Assembly: GCA_964291675.2 (NCBI GenBank) | Contig: OZ219866.1 | Coordinates: forward strand, 1,856,001-1,920,000 | Length of the DNA: 64,000 nucleotides | DNA from: Alphaproteobacteria bacterium | Lineage (GTDB): Bacteria > Pseudomonadota > Alphaproteobacteria > MPNO01 | Direction of reading: 5' to 3' | Shown here: positions 1-11,908 of the stretch, piece after piece | Layout: each line of letters starts with the position of its first letter | Position numbering within the stretch: position 1 is the first letter of the stretch | The notes under the pieces: model-generated | Database searches by the model: none | What the model saw: the letters and a program-made list of their open reading frames with translations, nothing else | Told to the model about the DNA's origin: nothing | Position numbers and translations under genes: made by a program

Positions 1-382
1 GCGTCGAGCCCAGCATGGCGACGCTCCCCATCGCCACCCCCGTCAGGGTGGCGAAGAGAGCCCCCGCGCCGACCGCGAGCACCGCCAGCCGCCCGGCGAT
101 GCGGCCGAGCCACTGGTCGAGCACGTCGATCATCCTGAACGCGACGCCGGAATGGAACATCACCGTTCCCATCAGGATGAACATCGGCAGCGGCACCAGG
201 ACGAAGGTCGAGACCGACGAGTCGATCGACAGGATGAGCTGGTTGAGCCCGATGGCGCCGCCCCAGAACACGTAGACGCCGACCAGGTTGACCAGCATGA
301 AGGCGACCGCCACCGGGATCCCGGCGAGCAGCAGCGCGCCGAGACCGCCGAAGAAACACAGCAGGTAGAACCACCATTCCAT
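1..382 (-). CDS. dctM: TRAP transporter large permease (N-terminal part; runs off window edge)
   Basis: ATG at 382 gives MEWWFYLLCFFGGLGALLLAGIPVAVAFMLVNLVG...SLVPLPMFILMGTVMFHSGVA, a DctM N-terminus; lies downstream of dctQ/dctP. Confidence 0.85.
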   Translation of the reverse strand, partial: MEWWFYLLCFFGGLGALLLAGIPVAVAFMLVNLVGVYVFWGGAIGLNQLILSIDSSVSTFVLVPLPMFILMGTVMFHSGVAFRMIDVLDQWLGRIAGRLAVLAVGAGALFATLTGVAMGSVAMLGST

Positions 383-388
383 CGCCGC

Positions 389-940
389 TCACCCCAGCGC
401 CGCGGGCGGGGCGGCCGCGAGGCGCCGCCAATGGCGCCAGGCGCGGCGTGCGAACTGGAGGCCGAGGAACAGACAGCCCACCGGGATCGCCACGAGGTTG
501 ATGGCGCGCGGCATCTCGAGCTCGGCCGGGATGCGGATCCCCCGCTGCCACGAGGTGATCGTCTCGAAGGCGCCGAACCCCGCCACCGCGAGACAGACCA
601 GCGCGCCCGCCACCGAGCCCCAGACCAGCATCTGGCGCCGCGCCTCCGGCGCGATCCGCCCGACCACCAGGTCGAGCGTCACATGCTCCTCGCGCCGCAG
701 CACCCAGGCCGCGCCGAGGAAGGTGATGTAGAGCAGCATGGTGCCGCTGATCTGGTCGATCCCGATCAGCCCCTCGCGCAGGCCATAGCGGAACACCACC
801 TTGATCGTGGTGGTCAGCATGACCGCGATCATCAGCACCGCGGCCAGAATGGCGCCGCCGTCGACGATCAGGTCGAACGCGCGCACCGCGCGTGAACGGC
901 GCGGCTCCGTCTCCGATCCCTCAAGGGGGCTGTCGGTCAA
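389..940 (-). CDS. dctQ: TRAP transporter small permease
   Basis: Four hydrophobic segments, FLGAAWVLRREEHVTLDLV DctQ motif; sits between dctP and dctM. Confidence 0.85.
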   Translation of the reverse strand: MTDSPLEGSETEPRRSRAVRAFDLIVDGGAILAAVLMIAVMLTTTIKVVFRYGLREGLIGIDQISGTMLLYITFLGAAWVLRREEHVTLDLVVGRIAPEARRQMLVWGSVAGALVCLAVAGFGAFETITSWQRGIRIPAELEMPRAINLVAIPVGCLFLGLQFARRAWRHWRRLAAAPPAALG

Positions 941-1003
941 CGCCCGGAAACGCGGCGGCGACCGGCCGGCGGTCCGCGTCCCCGCCGGCCGGACGCCGGA
1001 CGC

Positions 1004-2017
1004 CTAGTTGTATCCCAGCAGACGCCGGGCGGTCGCGTATTCCTCGGCGCTCATCACCGACTTGAACTGGGCCCAGAGCGCCTCGCCGGCGGTCTTCCGC
1101 CAGTGCGCGGCCTCCGCGTCCGAGAACGTCACCAGCTTCATGCCGCCCTTCAGCATGCCCTTGAGCTGGGTCGCCTGGAAGGCCGACACCCAGCCCTGCG
1201 ACCACGCCTGGGTGCGGCCCACGGCTTCCAGCATGACCTCCTTCGCCTCGCCTGACAGCTTGTTCCACTTGGCGAGGTTCATCTTGACGCTGATGCCGTT
1301 GCGGTAGAGCGGATGGGCGATGATGAATTTCGATATCTTGTGCCATCCGAAGGCGGTGAAGCCGTCGTAATAGGGCCAGGTGAAGCCCTCGACCGTGCCG
1401 CGCTCCAGCGCCAGATAGACCTCGCTCGGCGGCAGGGTCACCGGCTCCGCGCCGATCGCCTTGACGAAGAAGCGGGTCAGCGGCGGCACGCGGATCTTGC
1501 GCCCCTTGAGGTCGCCGAGGCCGGAGATCTTCTTCTGGGTGTACATGAAATGGTTGCCGGTATGCGGCTCGCCCGAGTAATGGCCGAGATAGCGCACGCC
1601 GTGCTTCTCGAACATCTTGGAGATGAAGGCGAACAGCTCGCTCCCCGGCCCGTTGTCCGGGATCTCGTGCGGCGACAGCTCGGAGAAATAGCCGCCCGGG
1701 ACCACGCCGGCCCAATAGTTGGGCGCGCCGTACCAGACGTCGAACAGGCCGCGCACCAGCGCCTCGGGCTGGTCGAAGGTCGGCACCACGTCGCGCGAGC
1801 CCTTGAAGGTGATCTCGACCTTGCCCTTGCCCAGCTTGTTCGCCGTCTCCAGGTACTTGATGCCGATATCGGCGGCGGACGACACCTTGGGCGGCCAGGA
1901 GCCGACCATCGTCAGCTTGGTCGCCGCCGCGCGGAGCTCGCCCCCGCCCGCCGCCGCGACGGCGAGCGCCAGCAATCCCGTGCCCATCGCGGCGCTGAGG
2001 CGTTTCGCAGGTTTCAT
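1004..2017 (-). CDS. dctP: TRAP transporter substrate-binding protein
   Basis: Signal peptide after GGAGG RBS (start MKPAKRL); DLKGRKIRV and EVYLALERGTVEG motifs. Confidence 0.88.
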   Translation of the reverse strand: MKPAKRLSAAMGTGLLALAVAAAGGGELRAAATKLTMVGSWPPKVSSAADIGIKYLETANKLGKGKVEITFKGSRDVVPTFDQPEALVRGLFDVWYGAPNYWAGVVPGGYFSELSPHEIPDNGPGSELFAFISKMFEKHGVRYLGHYSGEPHTGNHFMYTQKKISGLGDLKGRKIRVPPLTRFFVKAIGAEPVTLPPSEVYLALERGTVEGFTWPYYDGFTAFGWHKISKFIIAHPLYRNGISVKMNLAKWNKLSGEAKEVMLEAVGRTQAWSQGWVSAFQATQLKGMLKGGMKLVTFSDAEAAHWRKTAGEALWAQFKSVMSAEEYATARRLLGYN

Positions 2018-2155
2018 CGGATGTTCCTCCCTATGACCCGTACCGGCGGGTCGTTGTTGTCGCAATGAAGTCTAGGGCGTGCCCATCCTCGTTGGAAGCG
2101 CCGCCGTGGTCGCCAACCGCTTGACGCCGGTCCCCGTGGGCGGTCTTGTAGCGCG

Positions 2156-2662
2156 ATGAGCGCGGTGCACCGACCGTCCGAGATCCTGGAGACGCTGGAG
2201 CGGATCGGCGTGAGCGCCGCCGTCGCGGTGCCGGATGGCTGGCTCGGCGAGTTCCTGGTCAGGATCGAGCGGGCGCCGTGGATCTCGCTGGTCCGCGCGA
2301 CCCACGAGGAAGAGGCGCTGGCGATCGCCTGCGGCGCCAGGCTGGGCGGCGCCCGCACCGCGCTGATCGTCCAGAACGTGGGGCTGCTGACCATGGGCGC
2401 GGGCATGGTGTGCCTCGCCCAGCGCTACCGCTTTCCGCTGCTGATCCTCGCGTCCTATCGCGGCACGCCCGCCGATCCGGTGTTCTATCACGTGCCCAAG
2501 GGGCGGGTGACCGAGCCCGTCCTGCGCGGCTTCGGTCTCGGCTACGCGGTGGCCGACGGCGCCCGGCCGATCGGCGCGCAGGTGGAGCAGGCGGCGACCT
2601 ATGCGGAGGAGGCCTCCAGCCCGTTCGTGCTGCTGCTGGGCCAGGAGGATGTGCAGTGGTGA
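2156..2662 (+). CDS. TPP-dependent decarboxylase, alpha/N-terminal subunit (sulfopyruvate decarboxylase ComD-like)
   Basis: VPDGWL, ATHEEEALAIACGA and QNVGL..SYRG motifs of the ComD/phosphonopyruvate decarboxylase PYR domain. Confidence 0.75.
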   Translation: MSAVHRPSEILETLERIGVSAAVAVPDGWLGEFLVRIERAPWISLVRATHEEEALAIACGARLGGARTALIVQNVGLLTMGAGMVCLAQRYRFPLLILASYRGTPADPVFYHVPKGRVTEPVLRGFGLGYAVADGARPIGAQVEQAATYAEEASSPFVLLLGQEDVQW

Positions 2663-3285
2663 GCCGGCCCGCGCCCACCCGCGAGGCCTATTACCGGGCG
2701 ATGGCCGAGGCGCTGCCGCCGGAGACGCTGGTCGTCACCGCGCTCGGCAACGCGTCCTATCTGTGGGCCGCGATCCGCGACCGGGCGGAGAACTTCTATG
2801 TCGAGGACGCGATGGGGCTCGCGCTCCCGCTGGCGCTCGGGCTGGCGGTCGCGCGGCCCGACCGCGAGATCGTCGCGGTCGAGGGCGACGGCGGGATGCT
2901 GATGCATATGGGCGCGCTGGTGACCGTCGGCGCGGCGGCGCCCCCAAACCTCACCGTCCTGCTGATCCAGAACGGGGTTCACGCCGCCTCGGGCGGCCAG
3001 GCGCTGACCAACGCGGCGCTCGACTTCGCGGCGCTGGCCGAAGCCGCCGGCGTGGCGCGCGCCCGCAATATCGCGACCCGGGACGATTTCGGGGCGGCGC
3101 TCGGCGAGGCGCTGGCCGCGCCCGGCCCGTCCTTGCTCGCGCTCGCCACCGCGCCCGACCTCGAAATCGTGGTGCCGCCTTCCGGCTTCGATCCGGTGGT
3201 GACCAGGCGCCGCTTCCAGGACGCGATCGACGCGCCGCGCTACGTCCCCACCCTGTTCGGCGGCGGACGGCTGGTCGGGGGCTAG
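2659..3285 (+). CDS. TPP-dependent decarboxylase, beta subunit (ComE-like)
   Basis: GTG start overlapping the upstream TGA; AMGLALPLALGLA and GDGGMLM...QNGVHAASGGQ TPP-binding motif. Confidence 0.75.
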   Translation: MSRPAPTREAYYRAMAEALPPETLVVTALGNASYLWAAIRDRAENFYVEDAMGLALPLALGLAVARPDREIVAVEGDGGMLMHMGALVTVGAAAPPNLTVLLIQNGVHAASGGQALTNAALDFAALAEAAGVARARNIATRDDFGAALGEALAAPGPSLLALATAPDLEIVVPPSGFDPVVTRRRFQDAIDAPRYVPTLFGGGRLVGG

Positions 3286-3599
3286 GCCTCGCGCTCCACC
3301 TGTTCGGCGGCGACCGCCATCAGCCGTTCCATCTCGCGGCGCACGTCGGCCGCGCTCGCGCCCCTGCCTTCGAGGTCGCCGGCTACCTTGCGCAGCACGT
3401 CGTCGTCCCCCGGCTCCTCGAAATCCGCGACCACGACCTCCTTGGCGTAGGCCTCCGCGTCGCCGCCAGAGAGACCGAGCTTCTCGGCGGCCCACAGACC
3501 GAGCAGCTTGTTGCGCCGGGCGGTGGCCTTGAACTGGAACTCCTGATCCTGCTTGAACTTGGCCTCGTAGCCCTTTTCGCGCTCTTCGAAGGTGGTCAT
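3282..3599 (-). CDS. DUF1476 / F1Fo ATPase inhibitor zeta subunit
   Basis: MTTFEEREKGYEAKFKQDQEFQFKATARRNKLLGLWAAEKLG, the signature of the alphaproteobacterial zeta subunit. Confidence 0.9.
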   Translation of the reverse strand: MTTFEEREKGYEAKFKQDQEFQFKATARRNKLLGLWAAEKLGLSGGDAEAYAKEVVVADFEEPGDDDVLRKVAGDLEGRGASAADVRREMERLMAVAAEQVEREA

Positions 3600-3742
3600 C
3601 GCCCGCTGTCTCCCGCTGGACCGGTTTCCGGCCCCGCGGGCCGCTCCGCCGACTATATGGGGCCGCGCGCCGCCCGCAACCACCCACAGGCGGCGAAATC
3701 TCGCAGGATCGGTCCCGCCCCGCCCCACCTCGCGATCCGGTC

Positions 3743-3771
3743 TTGACAAACGGGAACAAAAGAAGAATATC
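3743..3771 (+). promoter_or_regulatory. sigma70-like promoter with an overlapping LexA-type box upstream of the HIRAN gene
   Basis: TTGACA at 3743-3748; GAAC-aaaagaa-GAAT at 3754-3768 (alphaproteobacterial GAAC-N7-GAAC, one mismatch). Confidence 0.55.
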
Positions 3772-3800
3772 CTTCCGGATATGCAACGGAGGGTGGAAAG

Positions 3801-4220
3801 ATGGACGCTCGGTCGCCGCCCGCATTCACGCGGCGGAGGCTGTTCGGCGCGGCGCTTGGCGCGGTCGGCCTGGCCGGACCCGCCGCGGCCGCCGTCGGCG
3901 CCGCGCGGTCGCGCCGACGGCTGACGCTGCTGGAGACCTACGTCGCCGGCACCGCCTATTACGAGGCCCGCCGCGTGCGCGCCGCGCTCCGCCCGGGCGA
4001 GGCGCTGGTCCTGCGACGCGAGCCGGACAACGCCTATGACGAGCTGGCGATCGAGGTGTTCACCGGCGCCGGCGCGAAGCTCGGCTACGTCCCGCGCGCG
4101 GACAACGAACCGTTCGCCAGGCTGCTCGACGCGGGCAAGGCGGTCAGCGCCGCGGTCATCGACGTGGACCCCCACCGCTACGACGACATCCACATGCGTC
4201 TGACGCTGCGCCTCGCTTGA
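3801..4220 (+). CDS. HIRAN domain protein with Tat-like N-terminus
   Basis: YVAGTAYY...LVLRREPDNAYDELAIEV...KLGYVPRADN HIRAN motifs; N-terminal TRRRLFG followed by a hydrophobic stretch. Confidence 0.85.
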   Translation: MDARSPPAFTRRRLFGAALGAVGLAGPAAAAVGAARSRRRLTLLETYVAGTAYYEARRVRAALRPGEALVLRREPDNAYDELAIEVFTGAGAKLGYVPRADNEPFARLLDAGKAVSAAVIDVDPHRYDDIHMRLTLRLA

Positions 4221-4256
4221 CCGGCCGGGGCGACGCTCCGATGCTCCCGCGCGCCG

Positions 4257-5015
4257 ATGTGTACGCTCGTCATCCTGAGGCGGCCGGGCCTCGACTGGCC
4301 GGTGCTGATCGCGGCGAACCGCGACGAGCACGCCGAACGCCCGTGGCGTGCGCCGGGGCGGCACTGGCCCGACCGGCCCGACGTGGTCGCCGGGATGGAC
4401 GAGCTCGCCGGCGGCACCTGGCTCGGGCTTAACGACCACGGCGTGGCCGCGGGCGTGCTCAACCGGCCGGATTCGCTTGGCCCCGATCCCCGGCTGCGCT
4501 CGCGCGGCGAGCTGGTTCTCGAAGCCCTCGACCATGCCGACGCGGTCGCGGCAGCGACCGCGCTCGCCGCCCTCGACGGGCGCAGCTATCGCAGCTTCAA
4601 CCTGGTGGTCGCCGACAACCGGGACGCGTACTGGCTGCGCGGCTTCGGCGCGAACGGCGGCGGAAGGGTCGCGCTGGACGAGATCGGCGAAGGCCTGTCG
4701 ATGGTCACCGCGCACGACCCGAACGACGTGGCGGGCTCGGCGCGCACCAGGCTGTACCTGCCGCTGTTCCGCGACGCCGCCGCCCCGGACCCGGCATCCG
4801 GCGACTGGAGCGCGTGGACCGCGCTGCTCGCCGCGCGCGAGAGCCTCCCCGGGGCGGGGCCGGGGGAAGCCATGAACGTGGTGACCGACTCGCCCTTCGG
4901 CACCCTGTCGAGCTCCTTGATCGGCCTCGCGGCGGCGCATGTCGACGGCGGCAGGGCGGTGTTCCTGTCCGCCGCGGGGCGTCCCGGGGAGGCCCCCTAC
5001 CTTCCCGTGGAGTAG
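4257..5015 (+). CDS. NRDE / TANGO2 family protein
   Basis: MCTL...AANRDE...GGTWLGLN...SRGELV...FNLVVAD. Confidence 0.9.
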   Translation: MCTLVILRRPGLDWPVLIAANRDEHAERPWRAPGRHWPDRPDVVAGMDELAGGTWLGLNDHGVAAGVLNRPDSLGPDPRLRSRGELVLEALDHADAVAAATALAALDGRSYRSFNLVVADNRDAYWLRGFGANGGGRVALDEIGEGLSMVTAHDPNDVAGSARTRLYLPLFRDAAAPDPASGDWSAWTALLAARESLPGAGPGEAMNVVTDSPFGTLSSSLIGLAAAHVDGGRAVFLSAAGRPGEAPYLPVE

Positions 5016-5130
5016 CCGGCTCCTGCGGCCGATCGCCGCCATTGTTTGCGACCCCGCGAATTGTTATATGACTCCAGCGGTCGCCGACGCGGGCGCCGCA
5101 TTCCTTTCCCCAGTTTTCGAGTCGCACGCC

Positions 5131-5895
5131 ATGGCCCGCCGCAGACGGATTTACGAGGGCAAGGCCAAGGTCCTGTTTGAAGGGCCGGAGCCGGGAACCC
5201 TCGTCCAGTACTTCAAGGACGACGCCAGCGCGTTCAACAACGCCAAGACCGGCACCATCACCGGCAAGGGGGTCCTCAACAACCGGATCTCCGAATACCT
5301 GATGCTCAAACTCGCCGAGATCGGCATTCCGACCCATTTCGTGCGGCGTCTCAACATGCGCGAGCAACTGATTCGCGAGGTCGAGATCATCCCGGTCGAG
5401 ATCGTGGTGCGCAACATCGCGGCCGGCTCGATCGCCGAGCGCTTCGGCATTGCCGAGGGCACGCCCCTGCCGCGCTCCATCGTCGAGTACTACTACAAGT
5501 CCGACGAGCTCAACGACCCGCTGGTCGCCGAGGAGCACATCACCGCCTTCGGCTGGTCGACGCCGCAGGAGCTCGACGAGATCATGCACATGTCGCTCCG
5601 GGTGAACGACTTCCTCACCGGGCTGCTGATCACCGTCGGCATCCGGCTGGTCGACTTCAAGCTCGAATACGGGCGGCTGTGGACCAATGACGAGATGCGC
5701 ATCGTGCTGGCCGACGAGATCAGCCCCGACAATTGCCGGCTGTGGGACGTGAAGACCAACGAGAAGATGGACAAGGACCGCTTCCGGCGCGACATGGGGC
5801 GCGTCGAAGAGGCCTATCAGGAGGTCGCGCGCCGGCTCGGCATCCTTCCCGAGAGCGCGCCGGGCGACCTGAAGGGTCCGGCGGTGATGCAATAG
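5131..5895 (+). CDS. purC: Phosphoribosylaminoimidazolesuccinocarboxamide synthase
   Basis: [48 protein letters not shown]. Confidence 0.97.
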   Translation: MARRRRIYEGKAKVLFEGPEPGTLVQYFKDDASAFNNAKTGTITGKGVLNNRISEYLMLKLAEIGIPTHFVRRLNMREQLIREVEIIPVEIVVRNIAAGSIAERFGIAEGTPLPRSIVEYYYKSDELNDPLVAEEHITAFGWSTPQELDEIMHMSLRVNDFLTGLLITVGIRLVDFKLEYGRLWTNDEMRIVLADEISPDNCRLWDVKTNEKMDKDRFRRDMGRVEEAYQEVARRLGILPESAPGDLKGPAVMQ

Positions 5896-5902
5896 CGTCC
5901 CG

Positions 5903-6145
5903 GTGCGGGCGCGCATCCATATCACGCTGAAGGACGGGGTGCTCGACCCCCAGGGGAAGGCGGTCGGCCAGGCGCTGGCCGCGCTCGGCTTCGCCGGCCT
6001 GGGCGAGGTCCGCCAGGGCAAGGTGATCGACATCGACCTCGCCGAGACCGACGCCGGGCGCGCCCGCGACAGCCTGCGCGCGATGTGCGAGCGCCTGCTC
6101 GCCAACACGGTCATCGAGGACTACGAGATCACGCTGGCGGAATGA
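5903..6145 (+). CDS. purS: FGAM synthase subunit PurS
   Basis: [13 protein letters not shown]...VRQGK...[14 protein letters not shown]. Confidence 0.97.
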   Translation: MRARIHITLKDGVLDPQGKAVGQALAALGFAGLGEVRQGKVIDIDLAETDAGRARDSLRAMCERLLANTVIEDYEITLAE

Positions 6146-6200
6146 CGCGCGCGAGGAGCGGAGACCGACAGGCCATGACCCCGCCGAGAGGTCCGGCGGC

Positions 6201-6863
6201 GTGAAAGCCGCCGTCATCGTCTTCCCCGGGTCCAACTGCGACCGCGACACCGCGGTGGCGATCCGGGCGGTCGCCGGGCAGGCGCCGGCGATGGTGTGGC
6301 ATGAAGAGACCGGGCTGCCCGCGGTCGACCTGATCGCGATCCCGGGCGGCTTCGCCTATGGCGACTACCTCCGCTCCGGCGCGATGGCGGCCCATTCGCC
6401 GGTCATGCGCGCGGTCGCGGCGCGGGCCCGGGCGGGCACCGCCGTGCTCGGCATCTGCAACGGTTTCCAGGTGCTGACCGAGGCCGGGCTGCTGCCGGGC
6501 GCGTTGATGCGCAACGCGGGGCTGCGCTTCGTTTGCCGCGACGTGGCGCTCCGGGTCGAGCGCTCGGACACCGTGTTTACCCGCCGCTACGCGCCGGGCG
6601 CCGAGCTGACCATGCCGGTCGCCCACAATGACGGGAACTACGTCGCCGATGGCGAGACCCTCGACCGCCTGGAAGGCGAGGGGCTCATCGCCTTCCGCTA
6701 TCGCGACAACCCCAACGGCTCGGCGGCGGCGATCGCCGGCATCTTCGATCCCGCCCGCCGCATCCTCGGCATGATGCCGCATCCCGAACGCGCCGCCGAG
6801 GCGGTGCTCGGCGGCACCGACGGCCGCGCGCTGTTCGAGTCGCTCGCGGACAGCCTCGCCTGA
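6201..6863 (+). CDS. purQ: FGAM synthase glutaminase subunit PurQ
   Basis: [37 protein letters not shown]. Confidence 0.97.
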   Translation: MKAAVIVFPGSNCDRDTAVAIRAVAGQAPAMVWHEETGLPAVDLIAIPGGFAYGDYLRSGAMAAHSPVMRAVAARARAGTAVLGICNGFQVLTEAGLLPGALMRNAGLRFVCRDVALRVERSDTVFTRRYAPGAELTMPVAHNDGNYVADGETLDRLEGEGLIAFRYRDNPNGSAAAIAGIFDPARRILGMMPHPERAAEAVLGGTDGRALFESLADSLA

Positions 6864-6864
6864 C

Positions 6865-7619
6865 ATGGCGTTCGTTCCCCTCGGAGACGACAACCCGCGG
6901 CGCTGGATCCGCTTCCAGATCGTGACGCTGGCCATCGTCGCGGGCTGCGTGCTCGCCTTCCTGTGGCAGCTCGGGCTGAGCGCGCGCGAGTACGAGATCG
7001 CCCTGTTCCGCTTCGGCGTGGTCCCGGCGGTGCTGTGGGGCGACCGGGCGCTGCCCGCCGAAATCGCCGTCCTGCCCGCGCCCGCGACATTGCTCACCAG
7101 CATGTTCCTGCATGGCAGCTGGCTGCATCTGATCGGCAACATGCTGTTCCTCTGGGTGTTCGGCGACAATGTCGAGGACGCGATGGGGCATCGCCGCTTC
7201 ATCGTCTTCTACCTGCTTTGCGGCGCGGCCGCCGGGCTCGCCCATGCGGCGAGCGTCCCGGGATCGACGGTGCCCACGCTGGGGGCGAGCGGCGGGGTCG
7301 CCGGCGTGCTCGGCGCCTATTTCGTGCTGCACCCGAGGGTCGGCGTCTGGGGGCTGCTGTTCGGCATCATCCCGCTGCGCCTGCCCACGGTCATCGTGCT
7401 CGGCGGCTGGATCGGGCTCGAGGTGCTCAACGCGATGACGGTGCAGAGCGAAGGCGCCGGCATCGCCTGGTGGGCGCATGTCGGCGGCTTCGTCGCCGGC
7501 GCGGTGCTGATCCCGTTCTTCAAGCAGGCCCATGTGCCGTTGTGGGACAGCCGGCCGGGGGCGCGGATCCGCCGGGGGATCTCGTTCGCCTCGCGCCGCG
7601 GGCCGTGGGGGGGCCGCCG

Positions 7620-7623
<4 letters not shown>
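6865..7623 (+). CDS. Rhomboid family intramembrane serine protease
   Basis: [31 protein letters not shown] catalytic Ser, AWWAHVGGF catalytic His. Confidence 0.92.
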
Positions 7624-9794
<2,171 letters not shown>

Positions 9795-9825
9795 CCCCGC
9801 GGGCGCGAAATCGAGGACCGCAGCA

Positions 9826-10065
9826 GTGCCCATGGACCCGGGCGACATCGAGCGCCTGATCAAGGAGAGCCTCCCCGACGCGGTGGTCAGCATCCAGGAC
9901 CTCGCCGGCGACGGCGACCACTACGCCGCGCATGTCGTCTCCGAGGCCTTCCGCGGCAAGACGCGGGTCCAGCAGCACCAGATGATTTACCAGGCGCTCC
10001 AGGGGCGGATGGGCGGCGAGCTTCACGCGCTCGCGCTGCAGACCGCGGTTCCCGACAGCGCCTGA
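9826..10065 (+). CDS. bolA: BolA family protein
   Basis: DLAGDGDHY...VVSEAFRGKTRVQQHQMIY...LHALALQT; adjacent to grxD. Confidence 0.92.
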   Translation: MPMDPGDIERLIKESLPDAVVSIQDLAGDGDHYAAHVVSEAFRGKTRVQQHQMIYQALQGRMGGELHALALQTAVPDSA

Positions 10066-10095
10066 CCCATGCAAGGAACGCAACAGGAGCCCGAA

Positions 10096-10443
10096 ATGAG
10101 CGAACCCGCCGTGTTCGAGAGAATCCGCGAGGATATCGGCGAAACCGATGTCGTCCTGTTCATGAAGGGAACGCCGGTGTTCCCGCAATGCGGGTTCTCC
10201 GCCGCCGTGGTTCAGGCGCTGAGCAATCTGGGCGTTCCGTTCAGGGGCGTCGACGTGCTGCGCGACCCCGAGCTGCGCGAGGGCGTCAAGCACTTCTCGA
10301 GCTGGCCGACGATCCCGCAGCTCTACGTCAAGGGCGAGTTCGTCGGTGGCTGCGACATCGTCCGCGAGATGTACGAGACCGGCGAGCTGATGGAGCTGCT
10401 GTCGACCCGCGGCATCGACATCCAGCTCGCCAACCCGGAATAG
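10096..10443 (+). CDS. grxD: Monothiol glutaredoxin Grx4
   Basis: FMKGTPVFPQCGFS, WPTIPQLYVKGEFVGGCDI. Confidence 0.95.
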   Translation: MSEPAVFERIREDIGETDVVLFMKGTPVFPQCGFSAAVVQALSNLGVPFRGVDVLRDPELREGVKHFSSWPTIPQLYVKGEFVGGCDIVREMYETGELMELLSTRGIDIQLANPE

Positions 10444-10576
10444 GGCATCTCGATACGGCCCCGCCGGGGTTCCCGCCCGGCGCTCCCCCCCTCCGGCCAT
10501 CCATGCCGCCCGCCCTCCGCTCGGCAGCCCGTGCGGGGGCGGTCCGCCGGTCGCGGCCATCTCTTGCCCACCCCGC

Positions 10577-10618
10577 CCTCATCCTGAGTAGCGCCCGGAG
10601 GGCGCGTATCGAAGGACG
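10577..10618. repeat. Empty REP-like palindromic unit (family 1: CCTCATCCTGAGTAG-hairpin-CGTATCGAAGGACG)
   Basis: Same unit recurs at 62290-62329 and 62356-62397, and split by insertions at 19450, 27405, 38502 and 50505; lies between convergent grxD and rpsD. Confidence 0.8.
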
Positions 10619-10627
10619 GGTTGCGCC

Positions 10628-11242
10628 CTATCGCGAGTAGTACTCGATGACCAGATTGGGTTCCATCTGGACCGGGTAGGGGATCTCGGCGAGCTGCGGG
10701 ATGCGCAGCATGCGGCCGACCATCTTGTTGTAGTCGACCTCGAAATAGTCCGGCACGTCCCGCTCCGGCGAGTCCATCGCCTCCAGCACCAGCCCCAGAT
10801 TGCGCGAGCGCTCGCGCACCTGGATCTCGTCGCCGACCCGCACCCGGTAGGACGGGATGGTCACCCGGCGGCCGTTGACGCTGACATGGCCGTGGCTGAT
10901 GAACTGGCGCGCGGCGAAGACGGTGGGCACGAATTTGAGCCGGTAGATCGCCGCGTCGAGGCGTTGCTCGAGCAGCCCCACCAGGTTCTCGATCGTGTCG
11001 CCGCGCCGCCTGACGGCCTCCTGGTAGATCCTGCGGAACTGCTTCTCGGTGATGTTACCGTAATAGCCGCGCAGCTTCTGCTTGGCCTGAAGCTGGATGC
11101 CGAAATCCGACACCTTGCGGCGGCGCTGGCCGTGCTCGCCCGGCGGGTAGTCGCGCTTGTTGATCGGGCTCTTGGGGCGGCCCCAGAGATTGACCCGGAG
11201 CCTGCGGTCGATCTTGTACTTGGAGCGTACGCGCTTGGTCAT
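10628..11242 (-). CDS. rpsD: 30S ribosomal protein S4
   Basis: [15 protein letters not shown]...PPGEHGQRR...[13 protein letters not shown]...[11 protein letters not shown]...[12 protein letters not shown]. Confidence 0.98.
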   Translation of the reverse strand: MTKRVRSKYKIDRRLRVNLWGRPKSPINKRDYPPGEHGQRRRKVSDFGIQLQAKQKLRGYYGNITEKQFRRIYQEAVRRRGDTIENLVGLLEQRLDAAIYRLKFVPTVFAARQFISHGHVSVNGRRVTIPSYRVRVGDEIQVRERSRNLGLVLEAMDSPERDVPDYFEVDYNKMVGRMLRIPQLAEIPYPVQMEPNLVIEYYSR

Positions 11243-11337
11243 CGTCGGTTCCTTGTCCGGTTGTTTGTTGTCCCGGTAGGTCCGCCGCGGACGCGGAAGA
11301 CGGGGCGATTCCGCCCGCTTTCCCAGGAAGAGCGCGG

Positions 11338-11365
11338 AGTATAGGGGCCGCATTCCTGCTGTCAA
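11338..11365 (-). promoter_or_regulatory. sigma70-type promoter of rpsD
   Basis: Minus strand TTGACA (11365-11360), 16-bp spacer, TATACT (11343-11338). Confidence 0.65.
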
Positions 11366-11452
11366 ACCCGCGGAATTCCGGCTTCCGCCTTGCTGTTGCG
11401 GCGCCCCGAGCGGTGCCCCTATACTCCCGCGCCGAAATATCGGGGGGCGGCG

Positions 11453-11875
11453 GTGGCGAAGCGGGTCAGCCTGCCAAGGGGGTATCGTCCGCGCGAGGAC
11501 GAGCCGTTCATGAACGCCAGGCAGCGCGAGTATTTTCGCAACAAGCTGCTGGCCTGGCGGAACGATCTGCTCCAGGAGAGCTCGGCCACGCTGGAGAATT
11601 TGCAGGAGGACCACGCCCCGGCGGCCGACCTCGCCGACCGGGCGACCATCGAGACCGACCGGTCCATCGAGCTGCGCACCCGGGACCGCGAGCGCAAGCT
11701 GATCGCCAAGATCGACGCGGCGCTCTCGCGGATCGACGACGGCACCTACGGCTATTGCGAGGAGACCGCCGAGCCGATCGGCATCAGGCGGCTCGAGGCG
11801 CGGCCCATCGCGACCCTCTCGATCGAGGCCCAGGAACGCCACGAGCGGCGCGAGCGTACCTATCGCGACGACTGA
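11453..11875 (+). CDS. dksA: RNA polymerase-binding protein DksA
   Basis: [13 protein letters not shown]...DLADRA...[12 protein letters not shown]...[30 protein letters not shown] (alphaproteobacterial single-Cys type). Confidence 0.95.
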   Translation: MAKRVSLPRGYRPREDEPFMNARQREYFRNKLLAWRNDLLQESSATLENLQEDHAPAADLADRATIETDRSIELRTRDRERKLIAKIDAALSRIDDGTYGYCEETAEPIGIRRLEARPIATLSIEAQERHERRERTYRDD

Positions 11876-11908
11876 CCCAACCCCCTCCGGTTCCAGAAGC
11901 GGGGACCG

